NCBI RefSeq assembly: GCF_009914755.1
Contig: NC_060927.1
Direction: 5' to 3' (one strand)
Origin: the human T2T-CHM13v2.0 reference genome, Homo sapiens
DNA: 64,000 nucleotides
In this document: piece after piece, positions 30,239 through 46,307 of the stretch
Layout: each line of letters starts with the position of its first letter
Numbering within the stretch: the first letter of the stretch is position 1
The notes under the pieces: model-generated
What the model was told of the DNA's origin: nothing
Seen by the model: only the letters and a program-made list of their open reading frames with translations
The model's database searches: none
Translations under genes and position numbers: made by a program

Positions 30239-31056
30239 AATTTAGTTTTCTGTAATTTCCAATAGGTTGTTTTAAGCATTCTTAACAAAATAATGTTTAT
30301 CAAATCAAAACAATGTATTTTCATCTTTTTAGACAGTTTGTTCTTTATTACTACTTGCTCTAGCTTTATAGCTGAGATATGTTCTTTTGTATCTAGAGAA
30401 CGAAATTAAAACTAAAGTTCTGCTTTGTTTATAGCAACAAAAGTGTTTTGTGACAGCAACTCTTTGATTAGCAATAAAAGTCCCTGGCTTTTGACCTCTT
30501 GTGTTTTTACATGGTTTTGACACTTTTCATTTTTGTACTCAGTTAAAGGAAAACCTTAAAAATAGTTCTCTGCTTACAGTAACTACTCACTCTGAAAAAG
30601 AAGCCTTTCTAATGTTGTTCTTTATATATGTGACAGCCACACATCAAAAGAGCTTCCAATACACTGTGGCTACTCATTCTAAAAAAGATTTCTACTGCCC
30701 AAATATTATTCTTCTTAGGGTTGCTTTTCAATCAATAACAGTTAGTCATGCCCAATATCATTTAATGAATATAGCTATACAATAGGAAATAATGTTCAGA
30801 AGGAGATGTTCTCTGCCCTCACGGAGCTAAGAACATGCCAATCACTGCCTTCATCTTTGGGGTTTATCAGGATTCCTCCATTGAGTACCTAGCTGTCTTT
30901 TTAACCATAGAACATTCTATTTTTGAAGCCAGAAAAATCATATGTCTTCCTTCTAGGTCAAGTGTTTGTTTCACTTTTAATTGCATTTAGCCAAATCTCT
31001 AGTGACAAGTCTGGTAAGAGAGTCAAGTTTTAAGCAGCAATGTGGCTTTACTCAAT

Positions 31057-31092
<36 letters not shown>
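31057..31092. repeat. (TTTA)n microsatellite
   Basis: About 8-9 TTTA units. Confidence 0.9.
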
Positions 31093-31093
<1 letters not shown>

Positions 31094-31272
31094 TGTTGGT
31101 CATAAATTTGGTGTCTAGTGGGATAAGAAAAAATTGAACACCATATTTATGTTGCTTGTGAGTCAAATTGTCACTATTGTCTTAGGGTTTCTAAAACTAT
31201 TTAGACTTTCTTCTTTGGCAAAAGACCTCTCCGTTGCAGAATCTCTTTGTCTCATAAAAATTAATGTACCTA

Positions 31273-31880
31273 TGTCAATTAGTTCAACCATTTTGGAAGA
31301 CAGTGTGGCTATTCCTCAAAGACCTAGAGGCAGAGATACCATTGGACTCAAGAATCTCATTACTGGGTACATACCCAAAGGAATATAAATCATTCTATTA
31401 TAAAGGTACATGCATGCATATGTTTATTGCAGTACTATTTACAATAGCAAAGACATGGAATCAACCTACATGCCCATCAATGATAGACTGGATAAAGAAA
31501 ATGTGGTACATATACACCATGGAATATTATGCAGCCATAAAAAAGAACAAGATCATGTCCTTTGCAGGGGCATAGATGGAGTTGGAAGCCATTCTCCAGC
31601 AACCTAATGCAGGAACAGAAAACCAAACACTACATGTTCTCACTTATGAGTGGGAGCTGAATGATGAGAATACATGGACACATGGTGGGGAAAAACAACA
31701 CACACAGGACCTGTTGGGGTGGGGTTGGGGGAATAGCATCAGGAAAAATCGCTAATTGATGCTGGGCTTATTACCTAGTAGGTGGGGTGATCTGTGCCAC
31801 AAATCATCAAAGCACACATTAACTTATGTAACAAAACTGCACATCCTGACCATTTATCCCTGAACTTAAAATAAAGGTTG
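31273..31880 (+). mobile_element. 5'-truncated older L1PA (L1PA13-16-like) 3' end
   Basis: ORF 31264-31575 is the ORF2p C-terminus; ends ccctgaacttaaaataaa; 17-bp TSD at 31256-31272 and 32195-32211. Confidence 0.92.
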
Positions 31881-32194
31881 AAGGGAAAGTTAAAGAAAGT
31901 ACGAGATGTGTTTGAGCTAAAAAGCAAGGCTTTGTGTCAATGGAAATGCCATACGTGTCATATCTCAACATGTAACACTATCAAAAATTAGGCAAAATGT
32001 TTCATTTTCCCGGTGTCAAACACCAAAAATTATTTTTGGCATTTTAATTACTGTTTTTATTCCATTAGGCCTTCTGTGAGTAGGGATATTTTGTGTAAAA
32101 TTCTAATAATCCCTTATACTTTTTATGAGCAGATATATTGCTTCATTAAATCTGATTGTTTATAGCTAATAATAAAAACTTTACCAAACCTAAA
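31881..32194 (+). other. Putative L1 3'-transduced flank
   Basis: Non-L1 sequence between the L1 3' end and AATAAA (32171-32176), an A-run and the TSD. Confidence 0.75.
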
Positions 32195-32365
32195 AAAAAT
32201 TAATGTACCTAATTTTTATATGAATTCTTATTTTATTTATTGAGAGGAAACTGTAGATATGTGGATAGTCAATAAATGTAGATTCATGATTTCTTGCAAT
32301 TTACAACTTTAAATAGCAGTAATGGTCATACTTATTACCAAGCATCAAAAATTTGATAAACCTAT

Positions 32366-32380
32366 CCAGCAGATGGCGGT
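32366..32380 (+). promoter_or_regulatory. Candidate CTCF binding site
   Basis: CCAGCAGATGGCGGT matches the CTCF core CCASYAGRKGGCRS, inside otherwise very AT-rich DNA. Confidence 0.55.
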
Positions 32381-35300
32381 GTTACCATAATGTGGTGTGT
32401 GTTTAATAGATTATTTTAGTCTTAAAAGTTTTAGAAGACAGATGCTATTTGCATTTAAATGGAACCATTGTTCAAGTATTTAAAAAAATGATACCATCCA
32501 TGAGGCAATTTGGTAGTGTGTGTGCAATATATCAAGAAATTATGTGTAGAAGTTATCAATTAACATAAGAAAATCATTAGAAATATATAAATTATATATA
32601 ATTCATTTATAGTTATAAACTTTATAAATTATAATTTTACCTTATATTTATGTGTAATTTATATATGATAAACATGATTATTCAAAAACAGTATGAGTGT
32701 ATTTGAAAAATATTTTAGTAATATTCTATTTATTATCTGAATTTTATATACATATATGTATGAGTAATTTATTTTAAAATTTCATGGGCTTTTTTGAATA
32801 GAAGTAATTTATAAATCTATATATTTGATTTTTCTAAAATACTTTGTCCCAATTCTGTAGTAGCAAAATTAAATTGTAGTTATTTAACTTATTGAATTCA
32901 TGTAAAAGATTTTAATTTAAACAGTTACTATGAGCAAAACAAACAAGTTAACAGTTCCTCTTACCTATTCAGAACTGAGAAACTATAAGATCTTGAACAG
33001 TGTCCAGAAAAATGATAAGATACTGAGAAAGAAAGGCAATGTCAGCATCACAGGATAAGAGTATTAGCTAAGAAAGTACACATCTCACTAGAATTTAGAA
33101 GGACCACAGGTACTTCCATGTACAAATATTTATTTTGTTTTTATACTATGATTTTCCTCTGTCATTGGCCATTATTTTTAATTTGTGGGAGAAAATGTAC
33201 AAGACCTTACATGTACAAGGAATTACATTTGATATTAATGTTTTTCCTAGCATAACATTCAGTAGACTTTTAATAGCTACTTAGTAAGTTAATATGGTCA
33301 ATCAATTTTTTATGTTCTCATCAAAATTTATTCTATTTACTTTGCCTCTAGGAGAGAGGAAGAAAGTGACATTCTTGGGCATGGATCAATGGCACCACAA
33401 ATCCCATATTTTGAATTTCAATATTTATGCCAATAACTCAAGTATTTATTTTTGATAGTGAAAGCGTGATTGTAGTTACTTTGATGAAAGTTTTCAGTGG
33501 TAAATAATTAATATGCATCATGTTATATTGCATTTGGTTATATGCAATAATTAATACATATTTTGTATATTCTTACTTTAAAATAAATATGTATTTATTT
33601 TTAAAGAATAAAGCTTACAGAATGACAACTAAAAATACTCCTTTCAAAACTTTTGTTGTATCCAGCAGAGTAACCACTGTCATCAATGTTGTATATAATT
33701 GTCCATATATTTTACATATATTAGCCAATACAGATATATTTTTATCAACTTGTATCCCACTATAAATATTTATCTATAATAGTTTGCAGGACATTTAATA
33801 CATATTTTTATTAATTTTTATCCTATAAATTTAATATGTTTTCTTGGTTCAGAGCTAAATAATACAGAAACATGATAAAAGCAAGTTTTCTTTCTTATAG
33901 CACACCTCCTAAACTCAATATCAATTTCATTCCTGTTAACAATTAGGTATAAACTCATCATGTATTTCTTTTCTATTAGTGTTTCACTAGATCTGAATAT
34001 TTTTTCTACTTTTTGGAGTTCTTTCTATGGTAAGAAAATACATTCTTAGTCAACTATTAATAACATTTTTCAGTTTTATTTCTTCTTTAGACTTGATTTA
34101 TTTTGTTTTACTTAGATTTTAGCAACAGTAGTCGAAAAGGTTAGGTAGTGAAATATATCAACTTTTAGCTTTGGAGAGTCTGAGTATTATTATTTCAAAT
34201 TAAGGCATTCATTCCCTATGATTAGAATTGAAAAATATTCACTTATATATTTTGTTGTCACTTTTGTGACACTGTTAATTTTTTAACATACAAATATTTT
34301 ATCCATCTAATTGTTTTGTTGTATGAAGGAGTTAGAGTTTTTTTGCTTTTCCTAAATGGTTAGTTTTAACATTAGAGGAATGGCTTTCTGGTGATCTTTT
34401 CCAGAGAGTACCTTTCAAATAAGAACATTTCAACAAGTCTGATTTCATATAAAAATATATGTCATGCCTTTACTTGAAAATTTGATCTAGTGATGAAACA
34501 GTAAGCAATATTTGTTTTAAAAATAATGCTTTAATTTGTGTTCTAAAATTGAGGTTATGTTGCCTGTGAGTCAGATGTCACTGTTATTTGGGGGCTTCTA
34601 AAACAGTTTAGGGTTTTTTCTTTGTCAGAAGACCTCTACATTGTAGAATCTCTGTCTCATGAACAAAATTTAGACTAGAGCTAGGAGTGATAGCACCTCT
34701 TAAAAGTTTTTTATTTCTGCCATCCATTTGCTAGAATGATCACTTTCATAAAAATCCTTGACTTGTGATTCTATTCCCTTTAATTTGTGACGATGGCAAC
34801 CAATTCAGAGATTCATTAAAGATTCTATCTCAGTTTTAGAAAACACTATTAAGAAAACCAATATGTTGTATTACCTTCTTATAGCTTCTCATTTTGTTCC
34901 AAATCTATCTTATGTTAAAGGAGGAATAGTTAAATTGTTTAAAATAAAATATTGTCTAAATGATTAGAAAGATTCCTTATTCTGGTCACCTCTCCATCAG
35001 GGTTGTTTTTTTTTCTGTGGTGTATCTATGAGCCTCTTGAAATCTAGTACTCAGAAATAAATGCAATATATCAGATATAAGCTGAACAATAGAATTTACA
35101 GTTTTCATATCAATAGCACTACACTTCTAAACATGCAGGTCAACGAATAATCACTTAATAATTTGTAGCTGTTTTTTTCAAATGATTAAAATGTAAGGTA
35201 ACTCTTCAAGCTTATGGTCAACTAAAATCTCATGAATAAAATGTTAATTTGGTTATCACCTTTAAACACACTTTAAGCTTAAATATAAGTTATTCCATTA

Positions 35301-35990
35301 TTTTTATTAAATAGAAAATTGTGGAATCGAGACAAGAATTTTAGTTTATTTTATTAATTTATAAAAGTATTAATTTAGAGATTAAAATGTGCCAATTTCC
35401 TGATTATTACAACAAAGGAAGCTAGATCAAACAAGGTTTCTGCACTTCTCCAAACATAGAATCTGTGACACATATTTAGCTCAAATTAACTAAATAAATG
35501 AACCATTTGGAGAAAAAAGCTAAGGAAGCACTGACCAGAGAGAAAGAAGGAGGCTGCTTGTGCAATAATTACACTTAGCTACCTAGAGACTTGTTCAATG
35601 ATATAGGGACCTGTACTTGTCAGGAGGTGGATAAGATTGCTGGGTAAAGATTCTATATTATAGAATTTGTCTCTAATACTACAGCAATACATTCAATACT
35701 TTCCAAATTTAAGTATTAGTACAATGTTGAAAGATAAGCAAGTAAAAAACAGGCATGAAGCTTAAATGAACTTGACTTATTCTTCATAAACATATACAGA
35801 CTGAGCATTCTCCATATCCTTCTCAATTAAACTTGAAACAGCACTAGAATATTAAAATGTGTTGTCACAGTAACAATACATATACAACTCTAAAATGTGC
35901 CACTATAGAATATGATAGAACAAACACACAAAAATGTCACATGTAATTTAACTACCCAAATCATTTTAATTTTCTAAGAATATCTTGAAT

Positions 35991-36064
35991 ACAATGGTTT
36001 TCAACATCTGGTCTTTGGATTAGCTCCATTGGTGTCACCTGGGAACTTATTAGAAATATAAATT
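35991..36064 (+). mobile_element. MER5A left half (split by L1)
   Basis: caatggttttcaa...tcacctgggaacttattagaaatataaatt; continues at 39028. Confidence 0.75.
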
Positions 36065-36451
36065 GTTTTTGCTTTTTTTTATTTCAATAGATTTTGGGGG
36101 AACAGATGATATTTGATTACATGAGTAAGTCACCTTATCCATGAAACATTTAGTGGTGATTTTTGAGATTTTGGTGCACCCATCACCCAAGCAGTGTACA
36201 CTGTACCCAATGTGCAGTCTTCTATCCCTCAGCTCCCTCCAACCCTTCCCTCCAAGTCCTCAAAGTCCATTGTGTCATTTTTATGCCTTTGCATCTTCAT
36301 AGCTTAGTTCCCACTTATAAGTGAGAACATATGATGTTTGGTTTTCCATTCCTGAGTTATTTCACTTAGAATAATGGTCTCCAATTCCATCCAGTTTGCT
36401 GCAAATGCCATTATTATGTTCCTTTTTATGGCTGAGTAGTATTCCATGGTT

Positions 36452-36483
<32 letters not shown>

Positions 36484-36620
36484 CATAAATATAAAAATAT
36501 ATATATACACACATACATGTGTATATATGTAACATTTTGTGATATATATATAACATTTTGTGATTTATATGTGTGTATATATATATATAAAAAACATTTT
36601 GTGATATATATATCACATTT
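36452..36620. repeat. (TG)n/(TA)n plus short minisatellite (aacattttgtgatatatat)x3-4 expanded inside the L1
   Basis: Repeated acattttgtgat units separated by TA runs. Confidence 0.85.
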
Positions 36621-36943
36621 TCTTTATCCATTCATTGCTTGCTGGGCATTTGGCCTGGTTCCATATTTTTGAAATTATGAATTGTGCTGCTATAAACATG
36701 CATGTGCAAGTGACTTTTTTGTGTATTGACTTCCTCTGGGTAGATACTCAGTAGTGGGATTTCTGTATCAGATTATAGATCTAATTTTAATTCTTCAAGG
36801 AATCTCCATGGTTTTCCATAGTGGTTGTACTAGTTTACATTTCCACCACCAGTGTAAAAGGGCTCCCTTTTCACTATATCCATGCCAACATCCATTATTT
36901 TTTGATTTTTTAATTATGACCATTCTTGGAGAAGTAAGGTGGT

Positions 36944-37309
36944 TGGTATGATTTGACTGTGTCCCCACCCAAATCTCATCTTGAATTGTAATCCCCATAT
37001 GTTATTTGGGAGGGGCCCAGTGGGTGGTAATTGAATCATGGGGTGGTTTCTCCCATGCTATTCTCATGATAGTAAGTTCCCACAAGATCTGATAGTTTTA
37101 TAAGGGGCTTCCTCCTTTGCTCAGCTCTCATTCTTCTCTGTCCTGTCACCCTGTGAAGAAGGATGTTTTTGCTTTCCCTTCTGCCATGATTGTAAGTTTT
37201 CTGAGACTTCCCAGGCCCTGTGGAACTATGAGTCAATTAATCCTCTTTCCTTTATAAATTACCCAGTCTTGGGCAGTTATTTATAGCAGCATGAGAATGG
37301 ACTAATACA
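36944..37309 (+). mobile_element. THE1C/D solo LTR inserted into the L1
   Basis: tggtatgatttgactgtgtccccacccaaatctc...ggactaataca; TSD gtggt/gtgct. Confidence 0.92.
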
Positions 37310-38148
37310 GTGCTATTGCATTGTGGTTCTGATTTGCATTTTCTTGATAATTAGTGGTGTCGAGCATTTTTGTCATATGGTTGTTGGCCATTTGTATATC
37401 TTCTTTTGAGAATAGTCTATTCATGTCCTCAGCTCACTTTTTGGTGGGATTGTTGTTGTTGTTGTTTTCCTTGCTGATTTGTTTGAGTTCCTTGTAGGTA
37501 TTGGATATTAGTTCTTTCTCAGATGAATATTGGTGAAGAGTCTCCCCCACTCTGTGGGTTGTCTGTTTACTCTACTGATTATTATTATTATTTTGCTGTG
37601 CAGAAACTTTTTAGTTTAATTAAGTCTCATCTAATTATCTTTCTGTTGCGTTAGTGTTTGAGTTCTTGGTCATGAAGCCTTTGCCTAAGCCAATGTCTAG
37701 AAGAGATTTTCTGATGTTGTCTTCTAAAATTTTTATTGTTTCAAGTCTTAGATTTAAGTCTTTGATCAATCTTAAGTTTATTTTTGTATAAGGTAAAAGA
37801 TGAGGATCAAGTTTCATTCTTCTACAAGTGGCTTGACAATTATCCCAACACCATTTGTTGAATAGGTTGTCCTTTACCCACTCTATGTTTTTGTTTGCTT
37901 TGTCAAAAATCAGTTAGCTATAAGTATTTGGCTTTATTTATAGGGTTTCTATTATGTTCCATTGGCCAATGTGTCTATTTTTATGACAGTACCATGTTGT
38001 TTTGGTTACTATAGTCTTATATATAGTTTGAAGTCAGGTAATGTGATACCTCCAGATTTGTTCTTTTTGCTTAGTCTTGCTTTGGCTCCTTTTTGGTTCC
38101 ATATGAATTTTATAATTTTTTTTTTGTTCTGTGAGGAATGATGATGGT

Positions 38149-39027
38149 ACCAATATCCCCAATGAATATAGATGCAAAAGTCTTCAACAAAATACTAGTT
38201 AACCAAATCCAACAACATATCTAAAAGATAATTCACTATGATCAAGTGGGACTCATACCAGGGATACAGGGATGATTTAAAACACAGGTCAATAAATGTG
38301 ATACACCACACAAACAGAATTAAAAATAACAATTACATGGTCATCTCAATAGATGCAGAAAAATAATTTGAAAAAATCCAGTATCTCTTTATGATTAAAA
38401 CCCTCAGCAAAATAGGCAAAGAAAGGACAAACCTTAAGGTAATAAAAGCCATCTATGACAATCCCATAACCAACATTACACTGAATTGGGAAAAGTTGAA
38501 AGCATTCCCCCTGAGAACTGGAACAAGACAAGGGTGCCCACTTTCACCACTTCTATTCAACATTGTACTGGAATTCCTAGCCAGAACAATCAGACAAGAG
38601 AAAGAAATAGAGGGCGCCTAAATTGGTAAAAAGGGAATAAAACTGTGTTGTGCACTGATTATATAATTGTATACCTAGAAAACCCTAAGGATTCACCCCA
38701 AAAGCTCCTAAAACATATAAACGAATTTAGCAAAGTTTCAGGATACAAAATCATCATACACAAGTCAGTAGCACTGCTATACACCAACACTAACCAAGCT
38801 GAGAATCAAATCAAGAACTCAACCTCTTTTACAAGAGCTGCAAAATAAAATAAAATAAACCAAGTAGGAATATACCTAACCAAGGGGGTGAAAGACCTCT
38901 ATAAGGAAAACTACAAAACACTACTGAAAAAAATTATAAAAGACACAAACAAATGCAAACATATTTCATGCTCATGGATATGTATACTAAATATTACTGT
39001 GAAAATGACCATACTGCCAAAAGCAAT
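38149..39027 (+). mobile_element. Inverted 5' segment of the same L1 (ORF2 RT region)
   Basis: ORFs 38391-38621 ([10 protein letters not shown]) and 38645-38848 on +; ends against the TSD ttagaaatataaatt. Confidence 0.9.
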
Positions 39028-39161
39028 TTAGAAATATAAATTCTTAAGCTTCATCCCAGACTTAATGAATTAGAAACTCAGGGGTTAGGACTGGGCCCAG
39101 AAAGCTGTGTTTTAACTACTTCTCCAAGTGACTCTGAAGTCACTAAAATCTGAGAACCATT
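39028..39161 (+). mobile_element. MER5A right half
   Basis: catcccagacttaatgaattagaaactc...ctgtgttttaac...tgagaaccattg. Confidence 0.75.
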
Positions 39162-39408
39162 GTTTTTGTAAAGTAGTTTCATAAACTTGCAGTGGCATAG
39201 AATCATCTGGAGACGTTTTTCAAGTGGCATTGACTGATTTCCACCCATGTTGATTTAATAGGTTTCATAAATTTTTAAGCTTTTATATTTCTTGCACAAT
39301 TGTACTTTGTAATGTGTTACTGATCCAATATTTTGCTCATTCCACTTGCTTTTTTTCTCTCATTTTTCTTTTACTCTTTTTTTCTTCTGTCATGGACTAC
39401 TCTTTCGG

Positions 39409-39413
<5 letters not shown>

Positions 39414-39448
<35 letters not shown>
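39414..39448. repeat. (TG)n microsatellite
   Basis: About 17 TG units. Confidence 0.95.
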
Positions 39449-39449
<1 letters not shown>

Positions 39450-40414
39450 TTATTTAAATTTTTAAGCTTCTGTCCATGAATTTTGAGAATTTAACAAAAG
39501 ACATGTTGAAAATGAGCCATGTGTGTCAGGCTCAGTTCTTCTTAATCTTCTTATTGAGCTCACATTCTTCAAAGTCTCTAATTATGTCTTCCTGAAACAA
39601 GAAGGCCACCAAAGCAACTCAATGCCTTTCTTCTTGAGCAGTCTTCCTCTCCCTCCATGAAGCTCTGATTCAAAGCTTCTTGTCCTACAGAGAGAATTTA
39701 AAAAGTGGCTGTAGAATATCAGCTCACTTCTCTGTGAATTCTCTGACTCGATTCCTGTCTCTGCTAGTCCTAGCTTCTTCAGCGCTCTCTTATTTTTTTA
39801 AAGTGGCTTTAAATGTTTTAAATCTGGTTCTTGTAATTATTCTCAGTAGGAGAGCTGGATTGCTTCAAGCTACTCCATCATAACGAGAAGCAAAAGTATA
39901 ATGTTATTTTTATATTTGAACTTGTTATTTTTTAACAATTATTTTTGTATGTAATTTGTATTTACTGTACTTTAATATGTGTTTGTTTACGTGGAAAGTA
40001 TATTTACTTATACTTCTTTTTTCTATTTGCATTTTAAAGTTCTTATGGTGAAGCATCCTTAATACTTATCCCAATTACTTTGATTTAATTACTACACATT
40101 ATTTTATAAATTTGTAGCTTTTCCAAAAATTATATAGGTTTCTTTAATATTGTAGCATGCATAATCACCTTGGAAAAGTCTGAATTTAATAAGTAGTCTT
40201 TTTTTTATTATTATACTTTAAGTTTTAGGGTACATGTGCACAATGTGCAGGTTAGTTACATATGTATACGTGTGCCATGCTGGTGCGCTGCACCCACTAA
40301 CTCATCATCTAGCATTAGGTATATCTCCCAATGCTATCCCTCCCCCCTCCCCCCACCCCACAACAGTCCCCAGAATGTGATGTTCCCCTTCCTGTGTCCA
40401 TGTGTTCTCATTGT

Positions 40415-44253
<3,839 letters not shown>

Positions 44254-44299
44254 TTATTTTGCTCGTTAGTTGATGCAGTTGCTTCCTATTCTCGATGAT

Positions 44300-45318
44300 C
44301 TTTACATTTTGGCATGATTTTGCAGCGGCTGTTACCGGTTGTTCCTTTCCATGTTTAGTGCTTCCTTCAGGAGCTCTTTTAGGGCACGCCTGGTGGTGAC
44401 AAAATCTCTCAGCATTTGCTTGTCTGTAAAGTATTTTATTTCTCCGTCACTTCTGAAGCTTAGTTTGGCTGGATATGAAATTCTGGGTTGAAAATTCTTT
44501 TCTTTAAGAATGTTGAATATTGGCCCCTACTCTCTTCTGGCTTGTAGAGTTTCTGCCGAGAGATCCGCTGTTAGTCTGATGGGCTTCCCTTTGAGGGTAA
44601 CCTGACCTTTCTCTCTGGCTGCCCTTAACATTTTTTCCTTCATTTCAACTTTGGTGAATCTGACAATTATGTGTCTTGGAGTTGCTCTTCTCGAGGAGTA
44701 TCTTTGTGGCGTTCTCTGTATTTCCTGAATCTGAACGTTGGCCTGCCTTGCTAGATTGGGGAAGTTCTCCTGGATAATATTCTGCAGAGTATTTTCCAAC
44801 TTGGTTCCATTCTCCCCGTCCCTTTCAGGTACACCAATCAGACATAGGTTTGGTCTTTTCACATAGTCCCATATTTCTTGGAGGCTTTACTCGTTTCTTT
44901 TTATTCTTTTTCTCTAAACTTCCCTTCTCGCTTCATTTCATTCATTTCATCTTCCATCGCTGATACCCTTTCTTCCAGTTGATCGCATTGGCTCCTGAGG
45001 CTTCTGTATTCTTCATGTAGTTCTCGAGCCTTGGTTTTCAGCTCCATCAGCTCCTTTAAGCACTTCTCTGTATTGGTTATTCTAGTTATACGTTCTTCTA
45101 AATTTTTTTTCAAAGTTTTCCACTTCTTTGCGTTTGGTTTGAATGTCCTCCCGTAGCTCGGAGTAGTTTGATCATCTGAAGCCTTCTTCTCTCAGCTTGT
45201 CAAAGTCATTCTCCGTCTAGCTTTGTTCCATTGCTGGTGAGGAACTGTGTTCCTTTGGAGGAGGAGAGGCACTCTGCTTTTTAGAGTTTCCAGTTTTTCT
45301 GCTCTGTTTTTTCCCCAT
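44300..45318 (-). pseudogene. L1 ORF1, disrupted
   Basis: Fragments 44901-45113 (coiled coil) and 44527-44862 (RPNL..IGVPE, RRM), broken by stops/frameshift. Confidence 0.93.
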
Positions 45319-45773
45319 CTTTGTGGTTTTATCTACTTTTAGTCTTTGATGATGGTGATGTACAGATGGGTGTTTGGTGTGGATGTCCTTTCTGTTTGTT
45401 AGTTTTCCTTCTAACAGACAGGACCCTCAGCTGCAGGTCTGTTGGAGTACCCAGCCATGTGAGCTGTCAGTCTGCCCCTGCTGGGGGGTGCCTCCCAGTT
45501 AAGCTGCTCAGGGGTCAGGGGTCAGGGACCCACTTGAGGAGGCAGTCTGCCCGTTCTCAGATCTCCAGCTGTGTGCTGGGAGAACCACTGCTCTCTTCAA
45601 AGCTGTCAGACAGGGACATTTAAGTCTGCAGAGGTTACTGCTGTCTTTTTGTTTGTCTGTGCCCTGCCCCCAGAGGTGGAGCCTACAGAGGCAGGCAGGC
45701 CTCCTTGAGCTGTGATGGGCTCCACCCAGTTCGAGCTTCTGGGCTGCTTTGTTTACCTAAGCAAGCCTGGGCA

Positions 45774-46082
45774 ATGGCGGGCGCCCCTCCCCCAGCCTCG
45801 CTGCCACCTTGCAGTTTGATCTCAAACTGCTGTGCTAGCAATCAGCGAGACTCCATGGGCGTAGGACCCTCCAAGCCAGGTGCGGGATATAATCTCCTGG
45901 TGCGCGGTTTTTTAAGCCCGTCGGAGAAGCGCAGTATTCGGGTGGGAGTGACCCGATCTTCCAGGTGCTGTCTGTCACCCCTTTCTTTGACTAGGAAAGG
46001 GGACTCCCTGACCCCTTGTGCTTCCCGAGTGAGGCAATGCCTCGCCCTGCTTCGGCTCGTGCACAGTGCGTGCACCCACTGA
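45774..46082 (+). CDS. L1 antisense ORF0 homolog (102 aa open frame)
   Basis: MAGAPPPASLPPCSLISNCCASNQRDS... in the 5'UTR antisense strand with gcaATGg context; expression unknown. Confidence 0.55.
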   Translation: MAGAPPPASLPPCSLISNCCASNQRDSMGVGPSKPGAGYNLLVRGFLSPSEKRSIRVGVTRSSRCCLSPLSLTRKGDSLTPCASRVRQCLALLRLVHSACTH

Positions 46083-46307
46083 CCTGTGCCCACTGTCTGG
46101 CACTCCCTAGTGAGATGAACCCAGTACCTCAGATGGAAATGCAGAAATCACCCGTCTTCTGCGTCGCTCACGCTGGGAGCTGTAGAGGGGAGCTGTTCCT
46201 AGTTGGCCATCTTAGCTCCTCGATCAATAAGTAGTCTTATATTACTCCTAAATATTAAAGGAAACTGCTTTAACATTGATAACCTCCTTTCTGGTTATAT
46301 GCTATTT

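Larger units (their letters stand above)
36065..38148 (-). mobile_element. L1PB-like 3' portion (non-inverted part of a twin-primed insertion)
   Basis: 3'UTR gattttggtgcacccatcacccaagcagtgtac; ORF2 remnants 36304-36510 and 37635-37817. Confidence 0.9.
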
